DNA of 64,000 nucleotides from an uncultured Kiritimatiellota bacterium (GTDB taxonomy: Bacteria; Verrucomicrobiota; Kiritimatiellia; RFP12; UBA1067). Positions 45,411-55,411 of the stretch are shown in pieces. The stretch spans positions 767 through 64,766 of the forward strand of contig CAKULV010000012.1 of NCBI GenBank assembly GCA_934667425.1, written 5' to 3'. Position 1 is the stretch's first letter. Each line of letters starts with the position of its first letter. Made by a program: the position numbers and the translations under genes. The notes under the pieces were generated by a model. It was given only the letters and a program-made list of their open reading frames with translations, was not told the origin of the DNA and searched no databases.

Positions 45411-45419
45411 TGGTATAAT
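45411..45419 (+). promoter_or_regulatory. Extended -10 element TGGTATAAT for the purF-like gene
   Basis: The context is ttttgTGGTATAAT, 47 nt upstream of the ATG at 45467. A GGAGG SD is present. Confidence 0.55.
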
Positions 45420-45466
45420 CCGCGGCGATGCGTAAGGGATCTTCCATTTCATAGACTGGAGGCGAG

Positions 45467-46924
45467 ATGGGTGGCTTTTGTGGAGTTGTTTCATCGGATG
45501 ATTGCGTGAGCGATCTGTTTTTTGGTACGGACTACCATTCGCACCTGGGTACGCACCGTGGCGGCATGTGCGTATTTGGGGAGAAGGGCTTCCAGCGTTC
45601 GATACACAACATACAGAATGCGCCTTTCCGCTCGAAGTTCGAGAGGGACGTGGCGGCTCTGTCGGGCTGCGTTGGCCTTGGCGTGATATCCGATACCGAT
45701 CCGCAACCTCTCGTGATGCGGTGCGTCTACGGGACGTTCGCCATAGTTACCGTCGGGCTCATCACAAACATCGAGTCCCTGATGCGAGAGATGTTTGAGG
45801 AAAAGCGCATCCAGCTCCAGTATTCGACCACATCCGGCATGGTAGGCCCTACCGAGGTCGTGTCCGCGATACTTGCCTCCGCAGATACACTTGAGGAGGG
45901 GGTGCGGCTCGTCCAGCGGAAGGTAGAGGGCAGCTGCTCTTTCCTCATCGTCACGGAGACCGGGCGGTTGCTGGCCGTGCGTGACAGGTACGGGCGCACC
46001 CCGATCGTGATAGGGCGCAGGGAAGGAGCCTCGGTCGCCTTGCAGGAATCGTGCGCGCTTGCCAACCTCGGCTACGAGTATGTGCGCGAGCTCGGGCCTG
46101 GTGAAATGGCCGAGCTCACGCCGGACGGGGACCGCACGATTCTGGAGCCCGGGAAGGAGATGGCGATATGCTCGTTCCTTTGGGTCTACTACGGGTATCC
46201 AGCGTCATCCTACGAGGGGCGCAACGTGGAGATGTCCCGCTACCGCTCCGGATCGTTCCTCGCGAAGAGGAACCCCGTGGAGGCCGATTCCGTAGGCGGC
46301 GTTCCCGATAGCGGCACGTCCCATGCGCTCGGCTATGCGCACGAGGCCGGGCTGAAGTACGCGAGGCCTTTCGTGAAGTACACGCCGTCCTGGGCGCGTT
46401 CGTTCATGCCGCAGGACCAGAGGCAGCGCGAACGGATCGCCGCCATGAAGCTCATACCGATCCCAGGGCTGATAAAGGACAAGCGCCTCGTGTTCTGCGA
46501 CGACTCGATCGTGCGCGGAACGCAGCTCGGCCAGCAGGCGAGGCGGCTCTATGCCGCCGGCGCGAAGGAGACGCACATGCGCATTGCCTGCCCGCCGTTG
46601 CTGTACCCGTGCAGGTTCCTGAACTTCTCGCGCTCCAAGTCGGAGTACGACCTCATAACGCGCAGGTATGTCCGGGATCGGGATGGCTCCGGCGCCGATG
46701 TGTCGAAGTACCTTGATCCGGATGGCGAGCCATTCCGGGCGATGGTCGAATACATCCGCAAGAATCTCGGCCTCACGTCCCTTGCGTTCCAGAGGCTGGA
46801 CGATCTCGTGTCCGCAATCGGCTTGCCGAAGGATCGCCTGTGCACGTATTGCTGGGACGGCAAGGACGTGTCTTGCGGCGGCGGATGCCAAGGGTGTCCG
46901 CACACAAGGCGGCAGGCGCGGTGA
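45467..46924 (+). CDS. purF: Amidophosphoribosyltransferase-like class-II glutamine amidotransferase
   Basis: The N-terminus MGGFCGV has a Cys nucleophile after a short propeptide. It carries the PRTase motif FCDDSIVRGTQ and a Cys-rich C-terminus. Confidence 0.75.
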   Translation: MGGFCGVVSSDDCVSDLFFGTDYHSHLGTHRGGMCVFGEKGFQRSIHNIQNAPFRSKFERDVAALSGCVGLGVISDTDPQPLVMRCVYGTFAIVTVGLITNIESLMREMFEEKRIQLQYSTTSGMVGPTEVVSAILASADTLEEGVRLVQRKVEGSCSFLIVTETGRLLAVRDRYGRTPIVIGRREGASVALQESCALANLGYEYVRELGPGEMAELTPDGDRTILEPGKEMAICSFLWVYYGYPASSYEGRNVEMSRYRSGSFLAKRNPVEADSVGGVPDSGTSHALGYAHEAGLKYARPFVKYTPSWARSFMPQDQRQRERIAAMKLIPIPGLIKDKRLVFCDDSIVRGTQLGQQARRLYAAGAKETHMRIACPPLLYPCRFLNFSRSKSEYDLITRRYVRDRDGSGADVSKYLDPDGEPFRAMVEYIRKNLGLTSLAFQRLDDLVSAIGLPKDRLCTYCWDGKDVSCGGGCQGCPHTRRQAR

Positions 46925-46956
46925 CGATTCCTCAAGAAAAGACAAGGAGCTAAGGT

Positions 46957-49900
46957 ATGGCAGGTTTCCGTGAAACTGATTCATCGTTCCGCAGGGGGTC
47001 AATGGCGGCGGCGGTCGCCGTGGCCGCAGTAGCAGCGGTGGCATACTCCCTTACACTCGCCGGCTACATATTCCCGGGCGATTCGGCCCGGCTGCTGGTG
47101 CAGTGGACTGGCATTGACGTGCTTGAGTTCCCTGAGTACCCGCTGTGGGGGTATTTCGTCAGGCTCTTTGGCGATGCCGGGGCCTTGTCGTCGATAGCCT
47201 TCAGGACAAACCTCCTTTCGCTGGTTTGCGGTGTAGTGTCCGCCTACCTCATATGCAGGCTGGTGGCATTCGCGGTGTGGCAGACCGTTGCACACGAGTC
47301 TTGCGTCAAGTTCTCGAAGGCCGCCGCGCTTTCGGCGGGCGTCGTCGCTTCGCTCGTCTTTGTGTTCTCTACGGCCGTATGGCAGAGCGCAACCCACCTT
47401 GAGCATCGCATCTTCGACGTGATGTGGGCGCTCTTCGCGATGAGGACTGTGCTTTTCGCGGCCGGTCGGCCCCGGTTGTCGCTTCCCGTGGCCATGGCGG
47501 CCGGCGTCATCGTCGCGCTTGGACTTGTGGAGAGTCCGATATTCGTGCCGCTCTCCGTCGTGGTGTTCTTCTCGTTCATGCTCGTTCTCGTCAAGAACGG
47601 CAAGGGGCTGTATGGCCCGGCCGCCATCTACCTGCTCTCCTCGGCCGTTGGCGTCATTGTGTTCGTGAAATGCGTATCCTCCGGATTCGTAGGCACCGAG
47701 GCCGCCGCCGCTGCGGACTGCACTTCCTCGCTCGACGTGTTCCTGAGGATACTGAAGACTACCCTGCGCGAGGTGCGCTCCTGGTTTACGCGTTCAGGAT
47801 GGCTCGCGATCATGGCGCTTACGGTCGTGCCGGCCGTAGCATGCGTCTTCGCGGCTCGGCGCGCCCTGAACAACGACCGTAGGTGGAGCCAATACGCATT
47901 CCACATGGCGATGACGCTCTGCGTCGCGTGCGCAACGGCCACTCAGCTCTCGCCGGAATCCATGCTTCGCCAGTTTGGCATACTGCCGGTCGCGACATCC
48001 ACGCTGGTGGCCCTTGTCGCCGGCTATCTTGCGGCATACTGGTATCTTCTCGCGAAGGTGCCGCTTCCCGTGCTGGAGTACAAGGAGGATGGCGTTGACG
48101 CCGCCGTCCGAGTCGGCAGACGGCTCGCGCCCGTATTCGGCATTTCCATGATAGTGGTTCTCGTGCTGGCGTCGCTCGTCAACGCCTTCAACTGCGGCAA
48201 GTCCAGGGGGGCGTTTGCCGACGTGTGCGCACGTGAGATCGTCGATTCGATGGGTAGCCGCAGCTGGTTCGTCACAGACGGCACACTCGATGACCATCTT
48301 CGTGTAGCCGCCGCCGCTGCGGGCAGGAATCTAAACCTGATATGCCTTCAGCGCGACATGAACGATGCCTACCTTGAGGAGCTGTCCGACCTGATAGAGA
48401 AGCGGGGACTCAAGGCGGGGAACTCAAACCTTAAGATGTCGATACGCCTTGGCGTGCTGCCGTTCATCCAGGACTGGTTTTCGGGCGACAGCAACATCGT
48501 AAACGAAGCGGCCATATTCGGGGTGCCGGACTTCTGGTACATGGCCGAGCGTACGCCGGTGCCTGAAAAGCTCTTCTTCGGAGGCGTCTCCGACGCCAAG
48601 TCGGTGGATGGCAAGGCTCTCGCCAGGGAATTCGCCGGCTTCTGGGGCCGCATGGCTCCTGTCCTTTGGACCGAGCGCAACAAGGAGGGGTCCCGCAACA
48701 TCGCGCGCTGCGACGATCCCGTCGACTCCCTGCGTCTTCAGCTCCGCCGCCACGTCGGCTTCATCGGGAACAACCTTGGCGTGTTCCTCCAGGACTGCGG
48801 CCTCGACGAAGAGGCGTTCGCGACCTACGAGCTCGTGCTGAACACCATCGACCCCGACAACGTAAGCGTCCTGTTCAACGAATTCGAGATGGCGCGCTCC
48901 GGGATAAAGTGCGCCCTTGCGAAGAAAAACGAGATCGAGCGCAAGCTCAAGGCCATTGTGGACGATCCCAAGCGCAGGTACGTGCTCTGGTCGCTTTCGA
49001 GGTACTATGGATACATCAGAAGCCCTGAGATATTCGCCAGGATGGGATACGCCTGGGCTCGCTCCGGGCAGATGGGCAATGCGATTGCCCAGGTTCAAAG
49101 GGCAATAGACTTCGTCTCTGCGGATAGGCAGACGAGTCTCCTGAACATGATGGCCGCAATATACGCGAGCGGAAACCAGCTGAAGAAGTCGCGCGAGGTC
49201 TACGAGCAGGTGTTGGCCTCAGATGCGAAGAACAGGGAGGCGCTTATGGGCATGGCCCGCATCGCGCTTCAGTCTGGCGCCGAGGCTGAGGCGAGGTCTT
49301 ACCTCGAAAAGGCCTCGAAGGTTGCGGGGGGCGATGCACCCGGAATAGAGATGGCCATGCTCATGCTGATGAACAACGACCTTGACCGCGCCAGGATGGA
49401 AATGCAGAAGGTCACGGATATGCACCCGAAAAACCTCCAGGCTTGGTCGCTGCTCGCCGGCGTGTTGCTGCAGCAGGCCGATTTGGCCAAGGGCGATTCC
49501 ACCAGGGCCAAGGTCATGGATGAACTCGAGAACACGATACTTCCGAAGATGGAGGCACTGTCCAGCGATCCCAGGGACTATTTCGTGCAGATGACGCGCG
49601 GTCTTGTCTATATGCGCAAGGGACCGAACTTCCGCAAGCAGGCAAGGGACGCCCTGGTCATTGCGGCCATGTCGCGTCCGGATGTCTCCGTCGCGGGCGA
49701 CATGATCCTTGGGTTGGACATCGAGCTTGATGACGGCGAGGCGGCAGAGCGCCACGCCAGGATGGTCCTGCGCCGTGACAGGCACAACAAGCTGGCGAAC
49801 TACGTGATGGGATCCCTTAGGCTGAAGGATGGAGACTATTCCACGGCCGAGACGTTCCTTCGCCTGAGCATAGACGGCGAAAAGCCAATCGCCGCCGCAC

Positions 49901-50268
49901 TCAATGATCTGGCAGAGGTCCTTCGCCGCCTTCAGCGCTATGATGAGGCGGAGGCGTTCGCCCGCAAGTCGGTGGCGGCACAGCCTAACCTGTATGTCGC
50001 GTGGGAGACGCTTGGATCCTCATTGCTTGACCAGAACAAGAACCTCGATGAGGCCGAGAAGTGCGTAGAGAAGGCGATCCAGCTCGCCAAGGCGGAACTG
50101 AAGGTGGAGGATATCCGGATGCAGATCACCCTCGCGCGCGTGCAGATCGCAAAGGGATCGCTCGACAAGGCTCGGACTACGCTGAGGCAGCTGCGCAAGC
50201 GCGCGGCGGAACTCTCGAACTATGATCGCGACCAGCTCGAGACGTTGACCAAGGCCGTGATGCGCTAA
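46957..50268 (+). CDS. Polytopic membrane protein (DUF2723/GT-C-like N-domain) with a long C-terminal TPR array
   Basis: About 10 hydrophobic segments occupy the first roughly 430 aa, with an FPGDSARLL motif. Multiple TPR-like repeats follow. Confidence 0.7.
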   Translation: MAGFRETDSSFRRGSMAAAVAVAAVAAVAYSLTLAGYIFPGDSARLLVQWTGIDVLEFPEYPLWGYFVRLFGDAGALSSIAFRTNLLSLVCGVVSAYLICRLVAFAVWQTVAHESCVKFSKAAALSAGVVASLVFVFSTAVWQSATHLEHRIFDVMWALFAMRTVLFAAGRPRLSLPVAMAAGVIVALGLVESPIFVPLSVVVFFSFMLVLVKNGKGLYGPAAIYLLSSAVGVIVFVKCVSSGFVGTEAAAAADCTSSLDVFLRILKTTLREVRSWFTRSGWLAIMALTVVPAVACVFAARRALNNDRRWSQYAFHMAMTLCVACATATQLSPESMLRQFGILPVATSTLVALVAGYLAAYWYLLAKVPLPVLEYKEDGVDAAVRVGRRLAPVFGISMIVVLVLASLVNAFNCGKSRGAFADVCAREIVDSMGSRSWFVTDGTLDDHLRVAAAAAGRNLNLICLQRDMNDAYLEELSDLIEKRGLKAGNSNLKMSIRLGVLPFIQDWFSGDSNIVNEAAIFGVPDFWYMAERTPVPEKLFFGGVSDAKSVDGKALAREFAGFWGRMAPVLWTERNKEGSRNIARCDDPVDSLRLQLRRHVGFIGNNLGVFLQDCGLDEEAFATYELVLNTIDPDNVSVLFNEFEMARSGIKCALAKKNEIERKLKAIVDDPKRRYVLWSLSRYYGYIRSPEIFARMGYAWARSGQMGNAIAQVQRAIDFVSADRQTSLLNMMAAIYASGNQLKKSREVYEQVLASDAKNREALMGMARIALQSGAEAEARSYLEKASKVAGGDAPGIEMAMLMLMNNDLDRARMEMQKVTDMHPKNLQAWSLLAGVLLQQADLAKGDSTRAKVMDELENTILPKMEALSSDPRDYFVQMTRGLVYMRKGPNFRKQARDALVIAAMSRPDVSVAGDMILGLDIELDDGEAAERHARMVLRRDRHNKLANYVMGSLRLKDGDYSTAETFLRLSIDGEKPIAAALNDLAEVLRRLQRYDEAEAFARKSVAAQPNLYVAWETLGSSLLDQNKNLDEAEKCVEKAIQLAKAELKVEDIRMQITLARVQIAKGSLDKARTTLRQLRKRAAELSNYDRDQLETLTKAVMR

Positions 50269-50271
50269 GGC

Positions 50272-52194
50272 CTAAGCGTCGCCGAACTTGCGAGATAGTT
50301 CGCGGTTGGAGGTGAATATCATCACCGGCTTGCCGCGTGGGCATACGTACGGCATCCTCGTGCGGCACAGTTCCTCCACGAGCCTCGTCGCCGTTTCGAC
50401 GGTGAACCTGCGAGAGGTGCCGGCGTATGTCTTCGCTATGGAGCGGGCAATAAGCTCTTCGCGCCACCTTTCGCCTCGCCTCGTGCCGCATTCGCCGATG
50501 TCATGCACGACCGACGCGATCACGTCGGATGCGCTGCGGTCTGCCAGGAGCGGCGGCACGGCGTCGATCTTCCATGTGTCGGTGCCGAACTCTTCGATCT
50601 CAAACCCCTGTCGGACGAGTATCTGGCTGAAGCTTTTCAGCCTGGCGGACTCGAGCGGAGAGAGGCGTATGGTCTCCGGTATGAGCAGTCGCTGGGAGAC
50701 AGAGCCTTCACTATCCAGCGCGGGGAGCAGCTTCTCGTACGCGACGCGCTCCTCCGCCGCCTGTGGGTTCAAGGTCACGATTCCGGCATCGGTCTCAAGT
50801 ATGATGTACCCGGACTCTGTGTTGGCGAGAACCTTGAACGTGCGCCAGGGGCCGGTGGAAGCGGCTGGCATGCTCGCGGCTTGATGGTGGCCGACCGTAT
50901 TCGCGGCAAGGCTTGCCGCGACGGATTGGACTGGCGTCAGCCTCTCGTCCGTTTGCGCTGATATGGGCAAGTCCGGCTTGCTTTCGTGGCGCTCGGCATT
51001 TGCCAGATGTGCATTCAGCGTGGGCTGGAATGGAGCGGAAAAGGGGACGGGCGGCATGTCCTGCCGAATGCGCGATGCCGAGGCCGTGGTTGCGCCGGAC
51101 GATCCAACGTCGGACGTTGCCGCGATACGGGAACGCCCCGCCGTCAATCCCTTCAACGCGTAGCCCATGGCGGACACAATGGCCGACTTTACGTCGGCGG
51201 GATGCCTGAACCTGACTTCACGCTTCGCCGGATGGACGTTTACGTCCACCTCGGAGGGCGGAAGGTCGATGAACAGAAATACGGACGGCCTTGACTCCCC
51301 TGCCGAAGATGGATATGCCTCCTTTAGGGCATAGGCAATGATTGGGGCCGTTGCCGGACGACCATTCACGAACACGAATTGCTCGCGTCGTATTGGGTTG
51401 GGCGATGGTCTGGATACATATCCGTGGATGTGGACGTCGCCGGAGGTGGCCCCGGCCATTTCGGAAGATCCTGTGACCGGGAGAAGTTCGTCGGCGAAAT
51501 CACGTCCGAAGAGGGCTGATATCCGTTCCTCAAGCGTCGAGCCCGGCGCAAGGCGGTGAATCTCCCGTCCGTCTATCGTCAGGGAGAATCCAAGCTCAGG
51601 GTGGGCGAGGGAACATACGGTGAAGACCGATTTGATGTGTCCTTCCTCGGTGGCGTATGACCGAAGAAACTTCTTTCGCGCGGGGACATTGCAGAAAAGG
51701 TCGCGCACCTCCACGCATGTGCCTGGGGGTGCGCCGCACTCCGCGACCTCGGCCACCAGTCCTGCGTTCACGACAAGGCGCGTACCGGCATCGGACGTCC
51801 GCTCCCTGGTGGTTAGCGTGAATCGGGATACGGCGGCGATGGACGGGATCGCCTCCCCTCTAAAGCCAAGGGTGTCGATGCGTTCTATGTCATCCACGTC
51901 GCGGATCTTCGATGTGGCCTGCCTCTCCAATGACAGCAGGGCATCGTCCCTGCCCATTCCGCATCCGTTGTCCCGCACCGCAACGAGCTTCTTTCCTCCG
52001 GCGGTCACGGTTATGTCGATGCGGTCCGCCCCGGCGTCGATTGCGTTCTCGACAAGCTCCTTCAGTGCGGAGGCGGGCCTTTCGACGACTTCTCCGGCCG
52101 CTATCTTGTTCGCCACGTGGATGGGGAGGATGCGTATGTGTCCGTCACGCCTCGCGCAAACGCCATCCGACTTATTGCCTTCGCTCATGGTCAT
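50272..52194 (-). CDS. mutL: DNA mismatch repair protein MutL
   Basis: It has the GHKL ATPase motifs IAAGEVVERPASALKELVENAIDAGA, DNGCGM and LGFRGEA, plus a C-terminal dimerisation domain. The start is uncertain (52194 or 52188). Confidence 0.9.
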   Translation of the reverse strand: MTMSEGNKSDGVCARRDGHIRILPIHVANKIAAGEVVERPASALKELVENAIDAGADRIDITVTAGGKKLVAVRDNGCGMGRDDALLSLERQATSKIRDVDDIERIDTLGFRGEAIPSIAAVSRFTLTTRERTSDAGTRLVVNAGLVAEVAECGAPPGTCVEVRDLFCNVPARKKFLRSYATEEGHIKSVFTVCSLAHPELGFSLTIDGREIHRLAPGSTLEERISALFGRDFADELLPVTGSSEMAGATSGDVHIHGYVSRPSPNPIRREQFVFVNGRPATAPIIAYALKEAYPSSAGESRPSVFLFIDLPPSEVDVNVHPAKREVRFRHPADVKSAIVSAMGYALKGLTAGRSRIAATSDVGSSGATTASASRIRQDMPPVPFSAPFQPTLNAHLANAERHESKPDLPISAQTDERLTPVQSVAASLAANTVGHHQAASMPAASTGPWRTFKVLANTESGYIILETDAGIVTLNPQAAEERVAYEKLLPALDSEGSVSQRLLIPETIRLSPLESARLKSFSQILVRQGFEIEEFGTDTWKIDAVPPLLADRSASDVIASVVHDIGECGTRRGERWREELIARSIAKTYAGTSRRFTVETATRLVEELCRTRMPYVCPRGKPVMIFTSNRELSRKFGDA

Positions 52195-52202
52195 TGCCGG
52201 AT

Positions 52203-53315
52203 TCAGCGGTCTATCGTGAGGTTGCGTCTCAGGTATGTCGGGATGTCGAGATCCTCGTCGTGCCACATCGTCTTCTCGGAGTCGGAGAACCTGTCCGGCG
52301 CGTCAAGCGCGGATTCTGATATCTTGCGGCTTTTTGTGGCGGCCCTCGCCGTGCGCCGCGACTTCACGGTCGCCTTTGCCACGGCGCTTTCCTCGAACAC
52401 GAGCGTTGCGACCACAAGCCTCCCGGAAAAGGTCGTTTCGTCGTTCACGGTCCCAAGCTGGAATGCCGCGCCCCTTCCGAATGCGTCCCTGAATCCATCG
52501 GCCACCCTCGCCACTTCGGAAAGCCGCAGGTCGTCGCCGGCGAGTATCCCCATGAAGATGGATTTCGTAGGGGCGTGCGCCCCCTTGGATAGGATCGGCG
52601 AAGTCGAGAGTGCCGACAGTATTTCGTCTGCCCGGCGTTCCCCTCGTGCCGTTGCCGTGGCGAACCTTCCCCGCCCCGAATCCGTTATTGCCGTGCGGAG
52701 GCGTTCCGCGTCGAGCGATATGTAGCCAGGCTTCTCGAGGATGCGCCAGAAGAGCGTGATCGCGGTCGCGAGAGTGTCTGCCATCCTGGCGAGCGCATCC
52801 TTCATGTTGTCGCAGGAACTGTCCGCCATCAGCGTGTCGAGCGGCAGTGGCACCGTGGCGTCTGCGACGTGCTCTATCGAGCCGATGGCCGTGTTCGCGT
52901 GGGATGCCCGCTCCTGTCCCTCGAACGAGAAGGGAAGCGTGGCGAATACGATCGATGTGATGCCCTTTGCCGAGAGGCGCCTTACGATCTCGCTGGTCGC
53001 ACCACTGCCGGTTCCTCCTCCCAGTGCGGTGACTATTATCGCGGTATGTACGCCTTCGAGCTGCGGATCCAGCACTTCCTGGTTGTCGAGGAATGCGGCC
53101 TGAGCCTCGGCAGGAAGCCCTCCCGCGCCACGTCCGGCGAGGCGGTCGCCGCCAATGAGGACGAACGGTATCTCCGACGAGGCGCCGGAAGACGCGTCCG
53201 AATCGACGGTCAGTGCGCGGAGCGGTTCGCCGTATGCCCTGCGCACGCCACGCACCGCAGTGCACCCTGCGCCCCCGATGCCGAGCAGTAGAAGGTGGTT
53301 TGAGTCTGTTTTCAT
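52203..53315 (-). CDS. ftsZ: Cell division protein FtsZ (divergent)
   Basis: It has the tubulin signature GGGTGSG, an N-terminal GIGGAG and a C-terminal DIPTYLRR peptide. It follows ftsA with a 4-nt overlap. Confidence 0.85.
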   Translation of the reverse strand: MKTDSNHLLLLGIGGAGCTAVRGVRRAYGEPLRALTVDSDASSGASSEIPFVLIGGDRLAGRGAGGLPAEAQAAFLDNQEVLDPQLEGVHTAIIVTALGGGTGSGATSEIVRRLSAKGITSIVFATLPFSFEGQERASHANTAIGSIEHVADATVPLPLDTLMADSSCDNMKDALARMADTLATAITLFWRILEKPGYISLDAERLRTAITDSGRGRFATATARGERRADEILSALSTSPILSKGAHAPTKSIFMGILAGDDLRLSEVARVADGFRDAFGRGAAFQLGTVNDETTFSGRLVVATLVFEESAVAKATVKSRRTARAATKSRKISESALDAPDRFSDSEKTMWHDEDLDIPTYLRRNLTIDR

Positions 53316-54511
53316 CTGTGTGGGAGGATTTTCCTGAAGATGCTCTTGATTGGGTCGAGGAACGACTGCTCCTCCGAGTTGCGCTGCTCAAGCAGGAGCG
53401 CTCCGGCGATCGTCGCGTACTGCGCGGGGAATTCGTCGTTCTCAAGTCCCTCGATCTCCGGCACGAGCGCACCGATGCGCACCTTGCCGCCGAATGTCCC
53501 GTGGGCGAGCCCGACTATGTTCTGCAGCCTCGCGCCGCCGCCTGTCAGCACTATGCCGCCCGTGAGCCTGTGCAACGCCCCTGCGCAGTCAAGCTCCTCC
53601 CTCAGCACGGAGAGGAGTTCGCCGACCCTGGCGTTCACGACGGTGTCGAGCGCCCGCATGGATATGGAAGGGGACTCCGCCGACGTGATGGAAGAAGGCA
53701 CGTCGATGCGTCCAGTCCTGCTTTGCGAAAAGACGGCGCTTGCGTGGCGCTTTACGGATTCCGCCTGCGACAGCGAAAGGGAGAATGCGCGGCGGATGTC
53801 GTTCGTTATGTGGTCTCCGCCTACGCCGATGGCGCCGGCGTGGATCATGCGCCCGTCGGCGAATGCCGCAAATGACGTCGATCCGCCTCCGAGGTCTATC
53901 AGCAGGGTTCCCGACGCCTTGTCCTCCGGAGTCAATGTGGCCTCGGCCGCGCATCTTCCAGCGAAGTAGGCGTCTGATATCTCGAGCTTTGCCGCTGTGG
54001 CTGCGGATTTCGCGTCGTTGATGCGCGCCTTCGCGCCATGGATGACAAGTGTCCTGAGCTTGAGCAGTCTGCCGGACATCCCCTTGGGGGAGACGATCCC
54101 GTCAAGGCCGTCCAGACCGTAGCCTAGTTCCGAGAGGTCCAGCATGACACGGTCGTCCTCAAGGCCGGTGTCGCAGGAGCGGTTGTATATCTCCGTGATG
54201 TCGTTGTCCGTCACGGTCTTGTCCACCTGCCATTGCGTGACGTATGACTCTACCCTCACCTGCGGCCCGGAGACCGCAAGGGCCGCCCGGCCGATCGAAT
54301 ATCCGTTTTCCGATTCGATGCGCTTTAGCACGGACGCCACCGACACGCTGGCCTTGCCTATGTCGGTTATCTGGCTTTTCCGTACGCCGGAGGATGGGAT
54401 GTCGCCGTGCGCCACAACCGATATCCTGCCCGGACCGAGGGATTCTGCTATGGCGAGCGTGGTGCGTGTGGTGCCGATTTCAAGTGCGGCAATTGGATCT
54501 GACAGGTTCAT
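53312..54511 (-). CDS. ftsA: Cell division protein FtsA
   Basis: It has an actin-like ATPase pattern (ALEIGTT, LIDLGGGST, VLTGGGA). Its position in the dcw cluster supports the call. Confidence 0.9.
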   Translation of the reverse strand: MNLSDPIAALEIGTTRTTLAIAESLGPGRISVVAHGDIPSSGVRKSQITDIGKASVSVASVLKRIESENGYSIGRAALAVSGPQVRVESYVTQWQVDKTVTDNDITEIYNRSCDTGLEDDRVMLDLSELGYGLDGLDGIVSPKGMSGRLLKLRTLVIHGAKARINDAKSAATAAKLEISDAYFAGRCAAEATLTPEDKASGTLLIDLGGGSTSFAAFADGRMIHAGAIGVGGDHITNDIRRAFSLSLSQAESVKRHASAVFSQSRTGRIDVPSSITSAESPSISMRALDTVVNARVGELLSVLREELDCAGALHRLTGGIVLTGGGARLQNIVGLAHGTFGGKVRIGALVPEIEGLENDEFPAQYATIAGALLLEQRNSEEQSFLDPIKSIFRKILPHR

Positions 54512-54514
54512 TCT

Positions 54515-55405
54515 CTATTCGGCCTTTGTGGGATCGTCTGCATAGATGCGGCCTGGCGTACCCCAGTCTGTTGCGTTCCAGAGCCTGGTGCCCGCCGCGA
54601 CGTTGCTTTTCACTACTTGCGTCAGCCGCGAAAGCTGGTTGGTGAGCGATGCGTGGGATTCGCGCGACGGCCTGCCCATGTCCTCCCACGCGATCTTTGC
54701 GCGCGAGGAGTCGCCGAGCGTGACGAGAAGGTAGTCGCGCTTGAGCGTATCCACCTCCTGGATCTTCAGCACGTCGTATTCCGGGGAAGAGGCCTCCTCG
54801 AGGAGGTTCAGCGCCGCAAGCGCCATGCCGGAGATCCGCTTCTGTCCGCCGGACTTCATCTTCGCGTCGCGGATTATCGGCAGAAGGGCAGTCTCGCGCT
54901 GCGGATACCAGAATATGTAGCCTTCCCGGTCTGCTGCGTAGTTCTTTGACGCCTTTGGCCCATATCCCATGACCCTCACGATCGGTATGCGCTCTATGGC
55001 CTCGATGCGCAGATGGTTAGGCTGGCGGAGTGATATCTTAAGGTCCTTCAGGTTAGGCGTATCCGCAAGAAGTCTCTCGCGAAGCCTTGCGAAGTCGATG
55101 CTCGCGAGATCTGCGCCATTGGTTAGGCCGAAGTGAACCCTTATCATCCTCGCGTTTATCTGCTTTCCAGTGGATATCTCGACCTGCTCTCCGATGTTCG
55201 TCACCCGGCACTGGCGGTTGTAGGTGGCCGCAAGCCTCTGGCATATGGCCCATATGCCCCATATGGCGAGCGCCATGGCGGTTGCGCCTACGGCCGCGAC
55301 TGTCGCCAGGGCCGTTTTGCGGGTTTTGTCTTTCGTTTGGGTTGCGCTTCTTCTGCCAGCCATTTCTTGCGATTCCACCTTGCGGATGATTTGAGGTTTG
55401 CCCAA
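54515..55405 (-). CDS. ftsQ: Cell division protein FtsQ (POTRA domain)
   Basis: It has a single TM helix then a POTRA-like region, and lies between ddl and ftsA. The start is uncertain (55405 or 55363). Confidence 0.75.
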   Translation of the reverse strand: MGKPQIIRKVESQEMAGRRSATQTKDKTRKTALATVAAVGATAMALAIWGIWAICQRLAATYNRQCRVTNIGEQVEISTGKQINARMIRVHFGLTNGADLASIDFARLRERLLADTPNLKDLKISLRQPNHLRIEAIERIPIVRVMGYGPKASKNYAADREGYIFWYPQRETALLPIIRDAKMKSGGQKRISGMALAALNLLEEASSPEYDVLKIQEVDTLKRDYLLVTLGDSSRAKIAWEDMGRPSRESHASLTNQLSRLTQVVKSNVAAGTRLWNATDWGTPGRIYADDPTKAE

Positions 55406-55411
55406 CAGCCC

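Noticed and set aside
41750-45494. Long minus-strand ORFs 41750-43624 (624 aa) and 43929-45494 (521 aa)
   Set aside because: They lie antisense to hndC and hndD, which carry unambiguous FMN, Fe-S and H-cluster motifs. The products are Arg/Ala/His/Leu-rich with no motifs.
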